Shown here piece by piece: positions 1 to 15,620 of a stretch of 64,000 nucleotides of DNA. The notes under the pieces were generated by a model. The model made no database searches and was not told the origin of the DNA. It saw nothing but the letters and a program-made list of their open reading frames with translations. Positions within the stretch are counted from its first letter, which is position 1. Each line of letters begins with the position of its first letter. The stretch comes from Octopus vulgaris. Taxonomy: Eukaryota. The stretch spans positions 4,092,001 through 4,156,000 of the forward strand of contig OX597821.1 of assembly GCA_951406725.2 (NCBI GenBank). Direction: 5' to 3'. The position numbers were made by a program, and so were the translations under genes.

Positions 1-357
1 TTCCCTTCTACTTAAACTTTATCACTAATGCTTTTTAGTATTACACCTAGACAAATTCTATAAATAAAACTTTCAATAGAAATATTCTCATGAATTGAAC
101 AGCAGCTGCTAGCCGCCACTGACCATTCAAAATACGACCATCAAGGCACTCCAAAATTCCCTCCCCCTTCTCCTCATCATCCTTCTTCCTCTTCTTCCCT
201 ACCAAGAATTCACAACGTCCTCCAACCCACAAGTGTAAACAAGAGAGGCAGAGAAAGGCAGAAACAAGGAAAATGCCTCTTATATTTGAACACTATACAA
301 ATATTCTTTTAAAAAAACTTTTCTTTTAATTTTTCTAAATTTAATTATTTAATCGTT

Positions 358-396
358 ACAGTTGAAAAGGACTCAACATGACTGAAACCGGTACTG
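358..396 (+). ncRNA. Minimal hammerhead ribozyme motif, U3/A8 core variant (Penelope-associated type)
   Basis: cag-TTGAAAA-ggactcaacatgact-GAAA-ccgg-TA-ctg. Helix I cag/ctg, palindromic helix III ACCGGT, GUA cleavage triplet. Core UUGAAAA replaces CUGANGA. Helix II weak. Confidence 0.5.
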
Positions 397-498
397 AAAT
401 GTTCTTTATAAAATTATTTTAGCATTTTCTATCTTGATTTCTTTTTTTCATATATATCAACTCGTGTGTTCCTTTTCACCCTTATACACACACATATA

Positions 499-544
<46 letters not shown>

Positions 545-545
<1 letters not shown>

Positions 546-700
546 CAGCCATGAAACGATCGTAGTGTTATATTAATGACCTTTTTTAATAATTTTGATA
601 TATTTAAATAACATAAATTAATTAATCTTATGCATTGGCTTAAGTTTTTCATTGTATGATTTACCTAATAGTGGTTTTATCTCTAATTTAATATAATATA
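545..700 (+). mobile_element. Penelope-associated repeat fragment carrying the 3' half of an HHR
   Basis: GAAA-cgatcg-TA at 553-564. Similar copy at about 2768-2930. Flanked by (TA)n. Confidence 0.5.
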
Positions 701-734
701 TATATATATATATAAATATGCATATGTATGTGTA

Positions 735-816
<82 letters not shown>

Positions 817-849
817 GTCATCTGAACAACTCCATACCAGGACATATTC

Positions 850-1230
850 TTCGCAGGTCTAGTACTTATTCTATCAGGTCGACCTCTTTTGCCGAACTGC
901 TATGTTACGTGGGTGCAAACACATCACCATCGGTTTTGAAGCAACGTCGGGAACACAAAAACAAAGAGAGACGCACATACATAAATGTATACATGCATGA
1001 ACATATATGTTTGTGTGTTTGTGTGTGTGTGTTTGTGTGTGCGTGTGTGTGCGTGTGTGTGCGTGTTTATATAATGGGCTTTTTCAGTTTCCTCCAATCA
1101 AATCCACTCACACGGCCCGCAGCTGTAGTAGAAGACATTTAGCGAAGGAGAACCTGAAACCCTGTGGTAGTGACTGAACCCGAAAGCGTGTGATTGGTAA
1201 GCAATCTTCTTACCACATAGTCATGTCCGC
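850..1230 (-). mobile_element. tRNA-derived SINE family A (internal microsatellite), decayed
   Basis: Reverse-complement match to the copy at 46804-47211 (tacttattctatc..., aaatccactcac, taccacatagtc). Confidence 0.8.
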
Positions 1231-1323
1231 GATGCACATACAGATCTATACATACAAAGACGTATACATGCATGTGTTAAGACGAACATCTACGCATATA
1301 CATACAAATATACACAGATATAC

Positions 1324-1356
<33 letters not shown>

Positions 1357-1648
1357 TGGATGGATGGATAGAAGGATGGATGGGTGCATTCATATATGTA
1401 TGCGCTTATGTGTTTTTGTATATATAGGAATGCGGCGTATGCATTTTTTTTATAAATAGGACAGAATGGTGACGGTGAAGTGTAAAATTAAAGCGCGATG
1501 AGTACTGATTCCCAGAATGCAGTCTATTCTTATTTTTCAATCACTACGTCAATGCTAAATGCAATTATTCGTTTATAGTAATCGTAGGGGAAATACATCT
1601 ACTTATAACATATAATACAAATCTTAACATCATTTATTCTGTTTGCAG

Positions 1649-1680
1649 GTGCTGGGCTAGAAATGCACTTTACAATAGCC
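1649..1680 (+). other. Candidate 32-nt micro-exon (GAGLEMHFTIA)
   Basis: Acceptor tttattctgtttgcag| and donor |gtacgt; open in phase 1 to phase 0; in non-repetitive sequence. Confidence 0.35.
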
Positions 1681-2120
1681 GTACGTCTCAACTAATCATA
1701 CTGACACAATTTCTGTTGCTTCATGTATAGAAAATATTTCCTGAAAATACGCGTTTGGTGAGAAACGCTAGATTAAATAGAATAGTCAAGTGGAAACTAA
1801 CCAGAAATATTATAGACATAGGCAAATATATAAGAGTATGCAGTGTAGGAGAATAGCAAAGAGGAGAAACTTCAGGATTGCGATTTTAATAGTTACGGAG
1901 AGACAAATGTGAAGCTGTTTCGCTGAATAATAATAGTTCCCAGCAAGTGAATTATATGTTGCCAGTAAGGCTGAAGTGACGGGAGACAACTAAACGCTCA
2001 TGATAAATTGAAATTGAGGGAAAAGATATGGTTATAAGTTCAAAACACGTTCTTAAGCGGTTCAGGATAAACTCAACCCTGGAAGCATATCGTTACGAGA
2101 TATATACGTATATGTATATA

Positions 2121-2237
<117 letters not shown>

Positions 2238-2250
2238 CATACATACATAA

Positions 2251-2305
<55 letters not shown>

Positions 2306-2308
<3 letters not shown>

Positions 2309-2664
2309 TAGCAGTATCGCCCGGCGTTGCTCAGGTTTGTAAGGGAAAAAACTATAAAGCATTTTTAGAGAGTTATAGCCAAAAAATGGAAACAAATATG
2401 GTAAATTTTTTTTTGAGAGTTAAAAATGGATGGAGTTGCGTCCCCTAGGCAGTTTGTGGTTCGTGTTTCTGATTCTCGACCCCATGTCGAATTTATCGAT
2501 TTTTTTCAGAACTGGGGGAACTTTTCAAAATTTTGGCTGCGTTAGTTTTGAATTATGACATTGGGCTATGTGTGTGTCAAGTTTCATCAGAATCGGTTGA
2601 AAGCCGTGGTCAGGGTGAGGGTACAAGCAAACAGACACACAGAAACACGCACAGACAAACTGCC

Positions 2665-2668
<4 letters not shown>
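2306..2668. mobile_element. Non-autonomous Helitron/Helentron-type (HINE/Lep1-like) element inserted in (TA)n
   Basis: Terminus tactagcagtatcgcccggcgttgctcagg (subterminal hairpin), internal aagtttcatcagaatcggttga, GACA/CA-rich other end. Confidence 0.55.
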
Positions 2669-2724
<56 letters not shown>

Positions 2725-2728
<4 letters not shown>

Positions 2729-3000
2729 TTAGAGAATGACTGTGACTTGAAAATTTGAAGAAGTTAGCAGCCATGAGACGATCGTAGTGTGATATTAATT
2801 ATATTTTTTTTAATAATTTTGTTATATATTTAAATAATATAAATTAAATAATCTTATATATTGGCTTAAGTTTTTCATTGATTGATTTACCTAATAGTGG
2901 TTTTGTCTCTAATTTAATATAATATAATATGTTACTATAAAATTGGATTCAATCCTAAATCTGATTTTTCGCTGTAAGTTTGGATTTATTCCCTAATATA
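2725..3000 (+). mobile_element. Penelope-associated repeat fragment, same family as 545-700, with a short inverted 5' segment
   Basis: cagccatgagacgatcgtagtg...ctctaatttaatat matches 545-700. The atattaaattagag near 2721 is the inverse of ctctaatttaatat near 2907. Confidence 0.5.
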
Positions 3001-3008
3001 TATTATTA

Positions 3009-3475
<467 letters not shown>

Positions 3476-3504
3476 TATATATATATATATATATATATCT
3501 TCTG

Positions 3505-3624
3505 CTCATGTCTACTTCTCACATACACCTTGAGTAAGTGACGTCTAATATAGCCTCTGGTCAACCAGAGCTTTGAGAATGGATTTGGTTGACGGAAACT
3601 GAAAGACGCCCCTCGTGTATGTAC

Positions 3625-3678
<54 letters not shown>

Positions 3679-3890
3679 CTAGCCGTGTGTGGCCTTGTGT
3701 CTGTTTTCCCCCACTATCGCTTGTCAACCGATGTTAGTGTATTTACGTTCGGCAAAAGGGAACGATGGAATTAGTACTAGGCTTACACTGAATCAGTCCT
3801 AGTATCGATTTGTTCCACTACAATCATTTGTGTCAGTCTTCCAGCAGGACCGCAGTCAAATGATTGAAACATGTAGAAGAATAAAAAAAG
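3505..3890 (+). mobile_element. SINE family A, 5'-truncated
   Basis: ggatttggttgacggaaactgaaag, (TA)(TG) microsatellite, ccagcaggaccgcagtcaaatgattgaaac tail. Confidence 0.8.
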
Positions 3891-3893
3891 GAC

Positions 3894-3936
<43 letters not shown>

Positions 3937-4241
3937 AGCCCTCACCGTTTGTTTTTATTGTTTTGTTCTCGCTGTCCTGTTCTTATTAGGAAGTTCATCT
4001 TCAAATGCCAAATTTTATTTAATTTGCTTTGCGTGAGGGACTGTTCCAAGAAGTCGTGTCATGTTCTTGCCTGCGAACGTGGAGTAGATGAAATAGGGAC
4101 AACTTAAGAAGGGGAACATTCTTTATCTGTATGTCTCCTTTCTCTATTTATGTTTTTCGTTGTTCAAAAAAAGTTCGTTTTTGTTTTTGTTTTTATGCTT
4201 TCGTTTCTCATTGTGTTCAACGTTTGTTTTAATGCCCTGTA

Positions 4242-4305
<64 letters not shown>

Positions 4306-4425
4306 TGTGTATATATACATATATATGTAGGTATGTACATATACGTATGTATATATATGTATACATTTATACATATATATATATATATTTGTGTGTCTAT
4401 GTATGTATGTATGTATTTATGTATG

Positions 4426-4466
<41 letters not shown>

Positions 4467-4527
4467 GTGAGTTTAGAGGTAAATATCTTCCTGACGAATA
4501 TCTTGGTAGTTCTGAGTTCTGTTCCAG

Positions 4528-5508
<981 letters not shown>

Positions 5509-6359
5509 ACTGAGATCTTAACCAATCATACTGAAACGGCATACGAACGTATGTGAAACAAAACAAATTTAGTGGTATATCCTGTAAAAAAATAAAACAA
5601 TATTCGTTACTAGTATTATTACTTAAAAGAATGTACAAATATTAAGTGGCAGCTGTGTTTTATAGACATTGTTGTGTAACTAACCACAGAGGAAGCTGAA
5701 AAGTTTAGTATGATATGCGCAAAAACAGTAAAAAAGCATATTTTAGCAGCGAGTATAGCTGTATGACAGAGGGGTTCGGCAGGGAAAAAGCGTACCCGGA
5801 TCGTGTCGCTGTCTTTGTGCAAGAAATTGGAAAAGTGCATTCTACCTTAAATTTGGATGAGAGAGACCACGGGAAAGGCTTTTTAACTAAACATGCTTAT
5901 GTATGCCTGTGTGTGTACTCATTAGTATGTATGTATGTATGTAAGTATGTATTTATGAATGTAAGTATATGAATGTATGCGTGTGTGTATGTGTATAACT
6001 GCATATGTATATATGTGTATATATATATAATATAAATAATATATATATATATGCATATATACATACGTATATGTGCATACATACATATATACGTATATAC
6101 ATATGCATATGTGGGCAAAGTACGTCACAGAACGTAAACAACCTAAAATACGAAAATATGAAATACGAATACATGGAATATGAACGTTTTTTCTGCGAAC
6201 TACGAAAGAGACAAATGGAAAACAAGACAAGGAATATAACGAACGACCCTTCAACAATTGTCCGCTGTTTTTCTAATCTGTATTTCGAGAAATACAGTCT
6301 TTTGAATCCTCCAAATGAATGGCGCATGTTCCACTGTCAACAATAACTGTATCATAATT

Positions 6360-7150
6360 CACAAGAAATTGATTCATGTTGCTTCTTTGATGACTGACCA
6401 GGTCTGTGCGACTTTAAAATTGGCTCCTACAAATCACACACATGAAAATCAGTAATCCTTCATTTTCTACTGGTTTATTCTTTCTAAATATTCTCCTGAT
6501 TTTCTCTCTCTCTTTCAGACTTCGAGTAACCACTGTATTCTCTTCTCCTCCATCTATTTCAGTCTTGTTCTTCTCTCTCTCAAATAACATCTGGAATTTC
6601 TGTTTGTGTCAAGTCATTTTTTTTTAACCTAATCTTGTGTTTATGCTCTGGAATTTTACAATCTTTAAGCTCACCATACACGATTTGCTTAGGGAGTCTT
6701 TTATCATTCATTCTCAACAGATACCCACCCCTCCTCGGACGAGCTTGCCAAATGATCGACTCTCGACTCGGTTTCCTTGGACATCTTCATAGGAAATTCG
6801 TCCATCCATTTGTAAGGCCACTTGCTTGAAACATATCTTTAAATATATAACAATGTGCCATAAGTATTCAGGCCAAAATTAACAATATCAGGACCTTCAT
6901 TCTACCGAACCAACAATCACAGAATTGAAGCAAAACTGGTCAACCCACTTCCGCTTCTTCCACCATGTATCAACTGGTCAATCGCTTTTGACCAACATCC
7001 AAAATAAGGAATCCGGCAAAGAAAATAGATAAAATACATAATGTAATATATGAAAGAGATTGTATATTGGTTAAGAAAGCGAGCTATCAGTGGCGTACAA
7101 TTGAGACAGAATGTGATTAAGCGTAAAACATACTTGTCAATACCACTCAA
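6360..7150 (-). mobile_element. RTE-clade LINE 3' portion, decayed
   Basis: Minus-strand LLRMNDKRLPKQIVYGEL (about 6670-6725) and terminal C2H2-like CVIC...SRTDLVSHQRS (about 6380-6440). Confidence 0.65.
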
Positions 7151-7302
7151 GACATTAATCCATTTTCATGATTAATATGGAAATTCCCTAGAAAAGTAAC
7201 AACGTCAGCAATTATTGGAATAAAACCACATATTTTCAAGGAAATCTGTAATGTATTCAAGTCTACTTCAGTGCGTTACATTTATATATTTCATCGACAA
7301 TT

Positions 7303-7466
7303 AGGCGTAGGCGTGGTTGTGTGGTAAGTAGCTTGCTTACAAACCACATGGTTCTGGGCTCAGTCTCACTGCGTGGCACCTTGGGCAAGTGACTTCTACT
7401 ATAGCCTCGGGCCGACCAAAACCTTGTGAGTGGATTTGGTAGAAGGAAACTAAGAGAAGCCCGTTG

Positions 7467-7521
<55 letters not shown>

Positions 7522-7555
7522 ATGTGTGTGTTTGTCCCCCCAACATCGCTTGATT
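7303..7555 (+). mobile_element. SINE family A 5' part, interrupted by the retrozyme-like element
   Basis: tRNA-like head ggcgtaggcgtggttgtgtggtaag...ggctcagtctcactgcgtggcacc with A/B-box-like motifs. Confidence 0.9.
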
Positions 7556-7985
7556 CACCAGCCAAGATTCACAACTGAGGACTGCATGTTTCTGGGTCTT
7601 AATAGATTTCACAGTAAATATATATACTTGTGAAGGCTGGACAGGAACCTCATTCAGCAGATCTCACTATCCTGGACTGATGACGGGTTATGACCCAGAA
7701 ACATGCATGTCCTCAGGTGTGAATCTTGACTGGTGGGGATGCTTGCCTCCCATTCACAAATATAAGGACACAGGAAATGTGTCAAAGCCAACAGGAAGCG
7801 TCAATGCTTCCTAGGGCTAAACGGCGGTGGTGTAATTCCCATACGGAAATGTCACGCTCATGTCTCTTTGAGACATTTAGAAATTTAATATTTCTAATTA
7901 CGGTGACCAGTGAATAGATTTCACTGTAAATATATATATTTTTGAAGGCTAGACAGACACCTCAGTCAGCAGATCTCGCTACTTG
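7555..7985 (+). mobile_element. Retrozyme-like element, copy 1: inverted 5' piece plus about 1.2 tandem monomers of 312 nt, with HHR
   Basis: aatagatttcac recurs at 7601 and 7913. 7555-7598 is the inverse of about 7691-7736. Homologous to 35296-35968. Confidence 0.7.
7671..7717 (+). ncRNA. Type-I minimal hammerhead ribozyme
   Basis: cctgga-CTGATGA-c-gggt-tatg-accc-a-GAAA-catgcatg-TC-ctcagg. Palindromic ACATGCATGT helix III, GUC triplet, helix I with one proximal mismatch. Confidence 0.7.
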
Positions 7986-8800
7986 GAAGTGTTCGTGTCG
8001 GTTTTTCGATTTTGCGGTTGTAATTTGGATTTGTTGATTGTTGCTGTTGAAAACTGTTGCGTCGTGTTGAATTGTTGGAATTTTTGTTGGGTATGCAAGC
8101 ACAAACTTATGCGGGAGCAGCAGGCAAAGGCCTGGCTACGAACGAATTACAGTTGGGAGAAATAATTGTCGAGAAAGAAAATTTGAGGAAATACTACGAC
8201 AACTTCAAGATGGTAGGTGACTGCCTGAGGGTTACACCACCTGAAGACGAAGTGAAAGATGCGGAGAAAAAAATCATAACGTACAGAACTTGGAATGTGG
8301 TCTCAAAGAGAATAGAAGTAGCAGAGGTGGAAGAAATTCAGAAATGTCTACAGGAAATTAAAGGAAGAACTACCTTCTACAATAGAGGTAGAAAATACGC
8401 CACGGTAGATGTTCGTTTTGAAAATGAAGACGAAGCGAAGAGAAACGCCACGACAGTATTGAAATCGGGAAAATGGGTTTTAATTCCTTGTTATTGTAGA
8501 AAAAGAGCAGTGAGAATACGGATAAGCAAAATCCCACCGGAACTTGATACCGAAAGAATAGTAGCTGCAATAATCTAAAACTGTAAGGAGAGCGTGGACA
8601 TTCTTAAGGGGGAAAAGTCGAAAGAAATAAACTGGTAGGGGCTATGCGGTGCAGGCTTCGGTCCGCATATCCATACCAGCTTTGTATAACATCCCGGAGG
8701 AGTTGCTGTTCCCCAACGAGAGACGACTGAGAGTCGTGATGGAGGGGAGACCTCCAGTGTGTTAAAAATGTAGGAGCACATGAAGGATGTGTGTCCTCAA
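7985..8800 (+). pseudogene. L1/Tx1-type LINE ORF1 (RRM-like plus zinc knuckle) relic
   Basis: ORF 8057-8578 YATVDVRFENEDEAK...VRIRISKIPPELDTERIVAAI, then LRVVMEGRPPVC*KC...HMKDVCP (decayed CCHC). Confidence 0.6.
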
Positions 8801-8804
8801 AGAG

Positions 8805-8876
8805 AAAAACAACAACAACACCATCACCACCACCACCAAAAACGGCAAAAACAACAACAATAATAATAACAACAAC

Positions 8877-8942
<66 letters not shown>

Positions 8943-9037
8943 TTAATAAGATTAATTATAATAATAATGATAATAATAATAATAATAAGAAGAAGAAGAA
9001 GAAGAAGATGAAGAAGAATGATAATAATGATAATAAT

Positions 9038-9130
<93 letters not shown>

Positions 9131-9170
9131 AAGAAGAAGAAGAAGAAGAAGATAATAAAAATGATAATGT
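8805..9170 (+). repeat. Compound (AAC)/(AAT)/(AAG) trinucleotide array
   Basis: Directly visible. Confidence 0.97.
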
Positions 9171-9485
9171 TGCTAGAAAATAAATTGAAATATTTTAAAT
9201 AAAAATATCATCGAGATCTCAAGAATTGATAAGGATGGAAATAAAACACACGTTGCATAATTAATAGAGCAAAAATAAAGAATTATTGATGAAAGAGGCT
9301 GGAATCCAACACAGAAGACTCTTTGTTTTAGTTGTGTTCGTATCGTCAATAGTTCTTATCTGGTTCTATAATTATTCGCTTGAATAATAAGCTGGTTTTT
9401 ATTCGGAGTATATAGACATGTATACACACACACACACACGAGCGCACACATTAAGACGCACACACACACACACACGCACACACAC

Positions 9486-9517
<32 letters not shown>

Positions 9518-9898
9518 ATATATGTGTGTGTATGTATGTAAATATATATAACCATATGTATATGTACATACATATCTATATATGAATATATGTATGTATG
9601 TAAATACGCGGGTATATATGCATTTATTAAAATTTGCACGTACATCTGCATGCACACACGCACACACACACACACACACACATATATACATATATACATA
9701 TATGTATATATGTACATATGTATGTATGGTATATAAGTATTTATAGATATGTATGTATACCTTTATATACGCACTGATGTATTGTATATACATACATATA
9801 TCTATGTACACGCATATATATGTATGTAATATGTATGTATGAGTGTATCTATATATAAATATGTATATATATACATATACTAATATATGTATGTACAA

Positions 9899-9969
<71 letters not shown>

Positions 9970-9994
9970 AAGACAGACAGATAGACAGACAGAC

Positions 9995-10063
<69 letters not shown>

Positions 10064-10570
10064 TAAATATATACATATATGCATATATAAACATAGAGAA
10101 ATACGTATCAATACGTAACAAGTATATATAAGGATATGTGACTGTGTATATATGTCTATGTGTGTGTGAGAATGAGAGTTGATGTATGTATATGTGTGTA
10201 ATGGCGCAAGCTATAGCTTTAAGATGAAATATCTCGACGTTACTGTAAAATCGATTTCATTAACCGGAAATAACGGAATAGAGCGCCACCATAAATGAAA
10301 TATATTCATATCAACTTAATTAACAATGTGTACGCGAGAATACGTTATCGAAACCTCCTCCCATTTTCTCTTATGTGTTTAACCCGTAGCTTCAAAGTCT
10401 CGCTAAAATAGAATGTGCTCCTCAGCATGGCGAGTTTATGTAACAAAGTTTTATCATTCGATAATTAAGTTGAATATAAATGGAAAAGAAAACAAAAATG
10501 TAAAACCTGATTATACGTCAATTTCATATATGTATGCATACGTACATATTTACATTTATCTATTTATCTA

Positions 10571-10631
<61 letters not shown>

Positions 10632-10691
10632 ATGTATATATATATATATATATTTATTTATTTATATAGGTATATATATATTTATTTATAT

Positions 10692-10736
<45 letters not shown>

Positions 10737-10737
10737 G

Positions 10738-10775
<38 letters not shown>

Positions 10776-10795
10776 GGTATATATATTTATATAGG

Positions 10796-10850
<55 letters not shown>

Positions 10851-11168
10851 GTATGTTTGAATGTGTGTATGCATAGTGTGTATGCATATACACATAATAT
10901 ATATACATTTATGTATCTCTCTCTTTCTCTCTTTCTACCTACCTCTTCTTCTCCCTCTCACTCTCTCTATATACATGTGTGTGTGTGTGTACACAAACAC
11001 GTACCTACATATGTGTGTGTATGTAAAAAGCTGGCTTCTCAATAGCATGGTTCCGGGTTCAGTCACATTGCGTGTTACTTTAGGCAAGTGCCTTCAACTA
11101 TTGCTTGGGGCCGGTGAAGGGTTCGTTAGTGAATTTAGTAGATGAAAACTGAAAGTTTTGTTGCTATA

Positions 11169-11250
<82 letters not shown>

Positions 11251-11627
11251 AAATTTATAGAAAAACAAAAACGAAGTCAGTTGCATGAAACATAAGCAAG
11301 TGTATTAATTTGACACTTGAGGAAAATGACAAATGTTTTTCGTTTCGCTCATACGCTCACTCTCTATATATGTCTCTGTGTATGTATGTGTTTGTATATA
11401 AGTGTGTTTGTTTGTATGTTTCTGTGTGTCTCTGTATGTGCGTTTGTCTTGTACGCACTAGAGCTTTACAACCGAATTTGGTTTCTTTTCGTACCAGTTA
11501 CTTAGCATTTTGAAGAAGTATCCGACAGAAGCAGAGACAACGTTTAAAACAGTAAATGTATTGGTGACGATTCAATCGAGTAAAATTCTTCAATGGGGTA
11601 CCAAGTGTAATGATTGACACAATTAAA

Positions 11628-11834
<207 letters not shown>

Positions 11835-11849
11835 TCTTCTTTTTTCTTC

Positions 11850-11975
11850 TTTCACTTGTCTCAGCCACAGAAATTGAGCTCAGCGTTTATTCTTTCTAAG
11901 TCTATTACTTATTCAATCGGCTCTTTAGCCGAGCCACTAGATTGCCGACAGATGCAAACAAATACATACATACAT

Positions 11976-12073
<98 letters not shown>

Positions 12074-12177
12074 GCATACAGTTCCGGGCTGTAGTAAATG
12101 ACACTTGGCCAAGATGCCACACATTATAACCACATGGTTGGGAAGCAAACTTCTTACCTCAGCACCACTCCTGCGCA
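11850..12177 (-). mobile_element. SINE family A, decayed
   Basis: aaccacatggttgggaagcaaacttcttacctcagcaccactcctgcgc is the reverse complement of the SINE head; tail at about 11850. Confidence 0.75.
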
Positions 12178-12195
12178 TTATGTATATAAATATAC

Positions 12196-12318
<123 letters not shown>

Positions 12319-12573
12319 ATATATATCAAAGCGCACTCTTTCAACGGGGTTTCCTTACATTCAAGCTATATATATGTATATGCCATAATTATACGAACTG
12401 CATACAACACTAGATTCTTACGAGTATATAAAATATGTTTATACTCAACACCTATCAGTAAAATAAGAAAAAAAAACAGCATATGTATATTTGAATTCTG
12501 ACTCTGTTTCGTGATTTGCTTACATATATAAATATATACATACACGTACATATATATATGCATATATACAGAC

Positions 12574-12649
<76 letters not shown>

Positions 12650-12791
12650 CTGTCTATAAGCATGTATATGTATATGCATAAATCTGTATAAATACGTACC
12701 TCTACATAGATGTACACACACATGTATATATTCATACATACATAGAAACACACAAAACATAAAAACAACAGACACAAAGATAGATATACAT

Positions 12792-12831
<40 letters not shown>

Positions 12832-12832
12832 T

Positions 12833-12962
<130 letters not shown>

Positions 12963-12977
12963 CATAGATAGATAGAT

Positions 12978-13041
<64 letters not shown>

Positions 13042-13547
13042 AAGATAGATAGATACATACATACATACGTCGCTAGATAGTTAAGCATTTAGATAGACAT
13101 ATGCTAACAGACATCATTCCTATACTCATGTGTGTGGGTACTCATACACTCAGATGCACATATATTTTATCAAATTTATGCAGCTCTCACCATTCATTTT
13201 TCAGAACCCAATTCACATGCAAATTAATGTTTTGACGCGTTTGTTTCCACACCAAGATATCATGATTACAGAATGTTTATTAAAAATGCAAATAAACCGT
13301 ATATTTACGCTGAAATATCAGTTTACTCTTTTACTCTTTTACTCTTTGTGAATAAATTTTTACAGAAAACATTTTGGGAAATAGTTTACAGTTTCCATGA
13401 TCATATTCATTAAAGATGATAATTGCAACCTACGTGTAAGCGTGTGTGAATATATATATATGTATGTATATGTATATATGTGTGTGTGTGTGTGTGTATA
13501 CATATATATAGGTGTTCATATACTGTATATATGTGTATATATATATA

Positions 13548-13670
<123 letters not shown>

Positions 13671-13925
13671 TATATATATAATTTAGATTCAGATGAATAT
13701 GGTACTTAAGTTGAGGCACTAGAATTTAGCATGTTATTAACCATGCAATTTCAAAATATATATATGTATATTCTTTTTTTTATTTTCTTTTACTTGTCTC
13801 AGTCAAAGAAATTGACCACGGGGCTTATTCTTTCAAAGTTTAATACTTATTCTATCGGCCTCTTGCTGAACCGCTAGTATTCCGACACCTATACACACCA
13901 ACACTAATTAAATTATCTGTCTTTA

Positions 13926-14011
13926 TGCAGCTGATGATTGCTCTACATTTAAATTGATGTAATGATTGCATTGTTCAATGAAATGGAGTTACTTGAAACG
14001 ATCGTACTGCA
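13926..14011 (+). ncRNA. Type-I hammerhead ribozyme with long helix II
   Basis: tgcag-CTGATGA-(57-nt stem-loop)-GAAA-cgatcg-TA-ctgca. Perfect 5-bp helix I, palindromic ACGATCGT helix III, GUA triplet. Confidence 0.75.
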
Positions 14012-14042
14012 GTACCTCTGGATATCCTTGTTGTTTATCTTG

Positions 14043-14086
<44 letters not shown>

Positions 14087-14089
14087 ATA

Positions 14090-15620
14090 TATACATTAAG
14101 GGAAGCATATATAATCCAGAAATGAGGTGGTCAATTGTATTTTCAGGCTGCACCCTAACAATCATATCGAGGGCTGCTGAACCTCCAGAGAGAATCAGTA
14201 TCAAATTTATGGATGCTTGTTTTGTAGTTTCTGGTTAGCAGAGTCTGATACTAATGTGATATGATGAAGTTCTCTTCTTCTGATTGGAGTCGTTTAGCAG
14301 CCTACAATCCATGAGTCATATTTGTAGCTTCACCATGATTTGTAAATTGTTTGCCATGCAATATCTTACTTTTCCTGGTATTTCGCAACACTATCTTACA
14401 ATTCGATGTTGCTCCTGTATTTTTTCTTTCATATTTTGTTATCGGAGTGTATTCTTCTGTTTCATCTAGTCTCGTTGATCGTCACTTTCCTATACATACC
14501 TCTTTGCTTCTCAATATTTAAGGCGGCGAGCTGGCAGCATCGTTAGGACGCCGAGCGAAATGCTTAGCAGTATATCGTCTACCGTTACGTCCGAGTTTAA
14601 ATTCCGCCGCGTACCGATTTGCCTTTCATCATTTTTCGGGGTCAATAAAATAAGTACCAGTTGCGTACTGGAGTCAATCTAATCGACTGCCCCCCCCTCC
14701 TCCAAAATTTTGGGTCTTGTGCCAAGGGCACACACGAATATTGCGTACAATTTTTGGAACTTCCACATTTACATAAACGGTTTTGCATCCAACCGTTGGT
14801 GTTCTTTAGATAAACATCTATTCCTACGGTTGTTGTCCATCTCGCCAGTTTCAGCTGCATCATCTATGTTCTCCATCCTTTCATGATATCTACAGTCTAT
14901 CTACATCTGCTTTTGGGTGATGCAGGTACTACATTGTGAGGACCTTGCGTATTTTTGCATTAGTTTCACTGACCTCACTGAGGGACCATGTTATGCTGTT
15001 ACAACTGTAGGTCACAACAGAGATAGCTAAGGTATTGACTACCATTATTATTTCTTAAATTCGCTCTTTACAACACTCCTCTCGTATTTTTCCTGCATTC
15101 GTGAGGGCTAGATATCATCCCCTTCACATACACCCAAATACTTAGTAATATTTTTCGAGATCTTATTCCTTGACCATGATAAAATTGTCGAGATGTATAT
15201 TGTTCGGTTTCAGTTTTCCCTTGAAGAATCTTTCTTTAGCTCATTTATCAAGCAATTCTAATATCGTCACTGAACTGTTATGGTACAGTTAAAAATTGTT
15301 CCAGTTGTGGAAACCTTCTGATCATGTATCAAAAGGAAGTGACTGAGTTGTCTATTGTATGCTCTCCTACCACGCTTGGTACCATTCAACAGCTTACTTA
15401 GGGAAATGGGAGGCAAGCAAAAGAGCGATGATGACACAGAATCTCAGTGAAAATGCTTCACTTTTTGACGATGCTCTCAACTTTCATTGTCCGTGTCTCT
15501 GATTTCAGTATAAGAGATTTTTAGCAAAATGTTCCAATAACTGAAAAACTTTTATGTATTTCGAGGCATTTCTTAATAAGCTACGGTATGGTATGGCATC
15601 ATTATGACTTTTTAAAGTAT
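14090..15620 (-). mobile_element. R4/Dong-like RLE LINE, decayed RT plus CCHC region
   Basis: Minus-strand remnants IFH*DSVSSSLFCL (GIFQGDSLSP), FSDDI, KYLGVCEGDDI, NTLAISVVTYS, LHGKQF, ENTIDHLISG. Confidence 0.7.
14520..14725 (+). mobile_element. tRNA-derived SINE family C nested in the RLE LINE
   Basis: aggcggcgagctggcagcatcgttagg...gagtttaaattccgccg...aataaaataagtaccag; inverse relative at 58690-58887. Confidence 0.8.

Noticed and set aside
7303-7380. tRNA gene calls for SINE heads
   Set aside because: A/B boxes present but no full cloverleaf; they continue into SINE bodies.
8057-8578. 173-aa ORF as a host gene
   Set aside because: Resembles LINE ORF1, with a decayed downstream zinc knuckle and stops.
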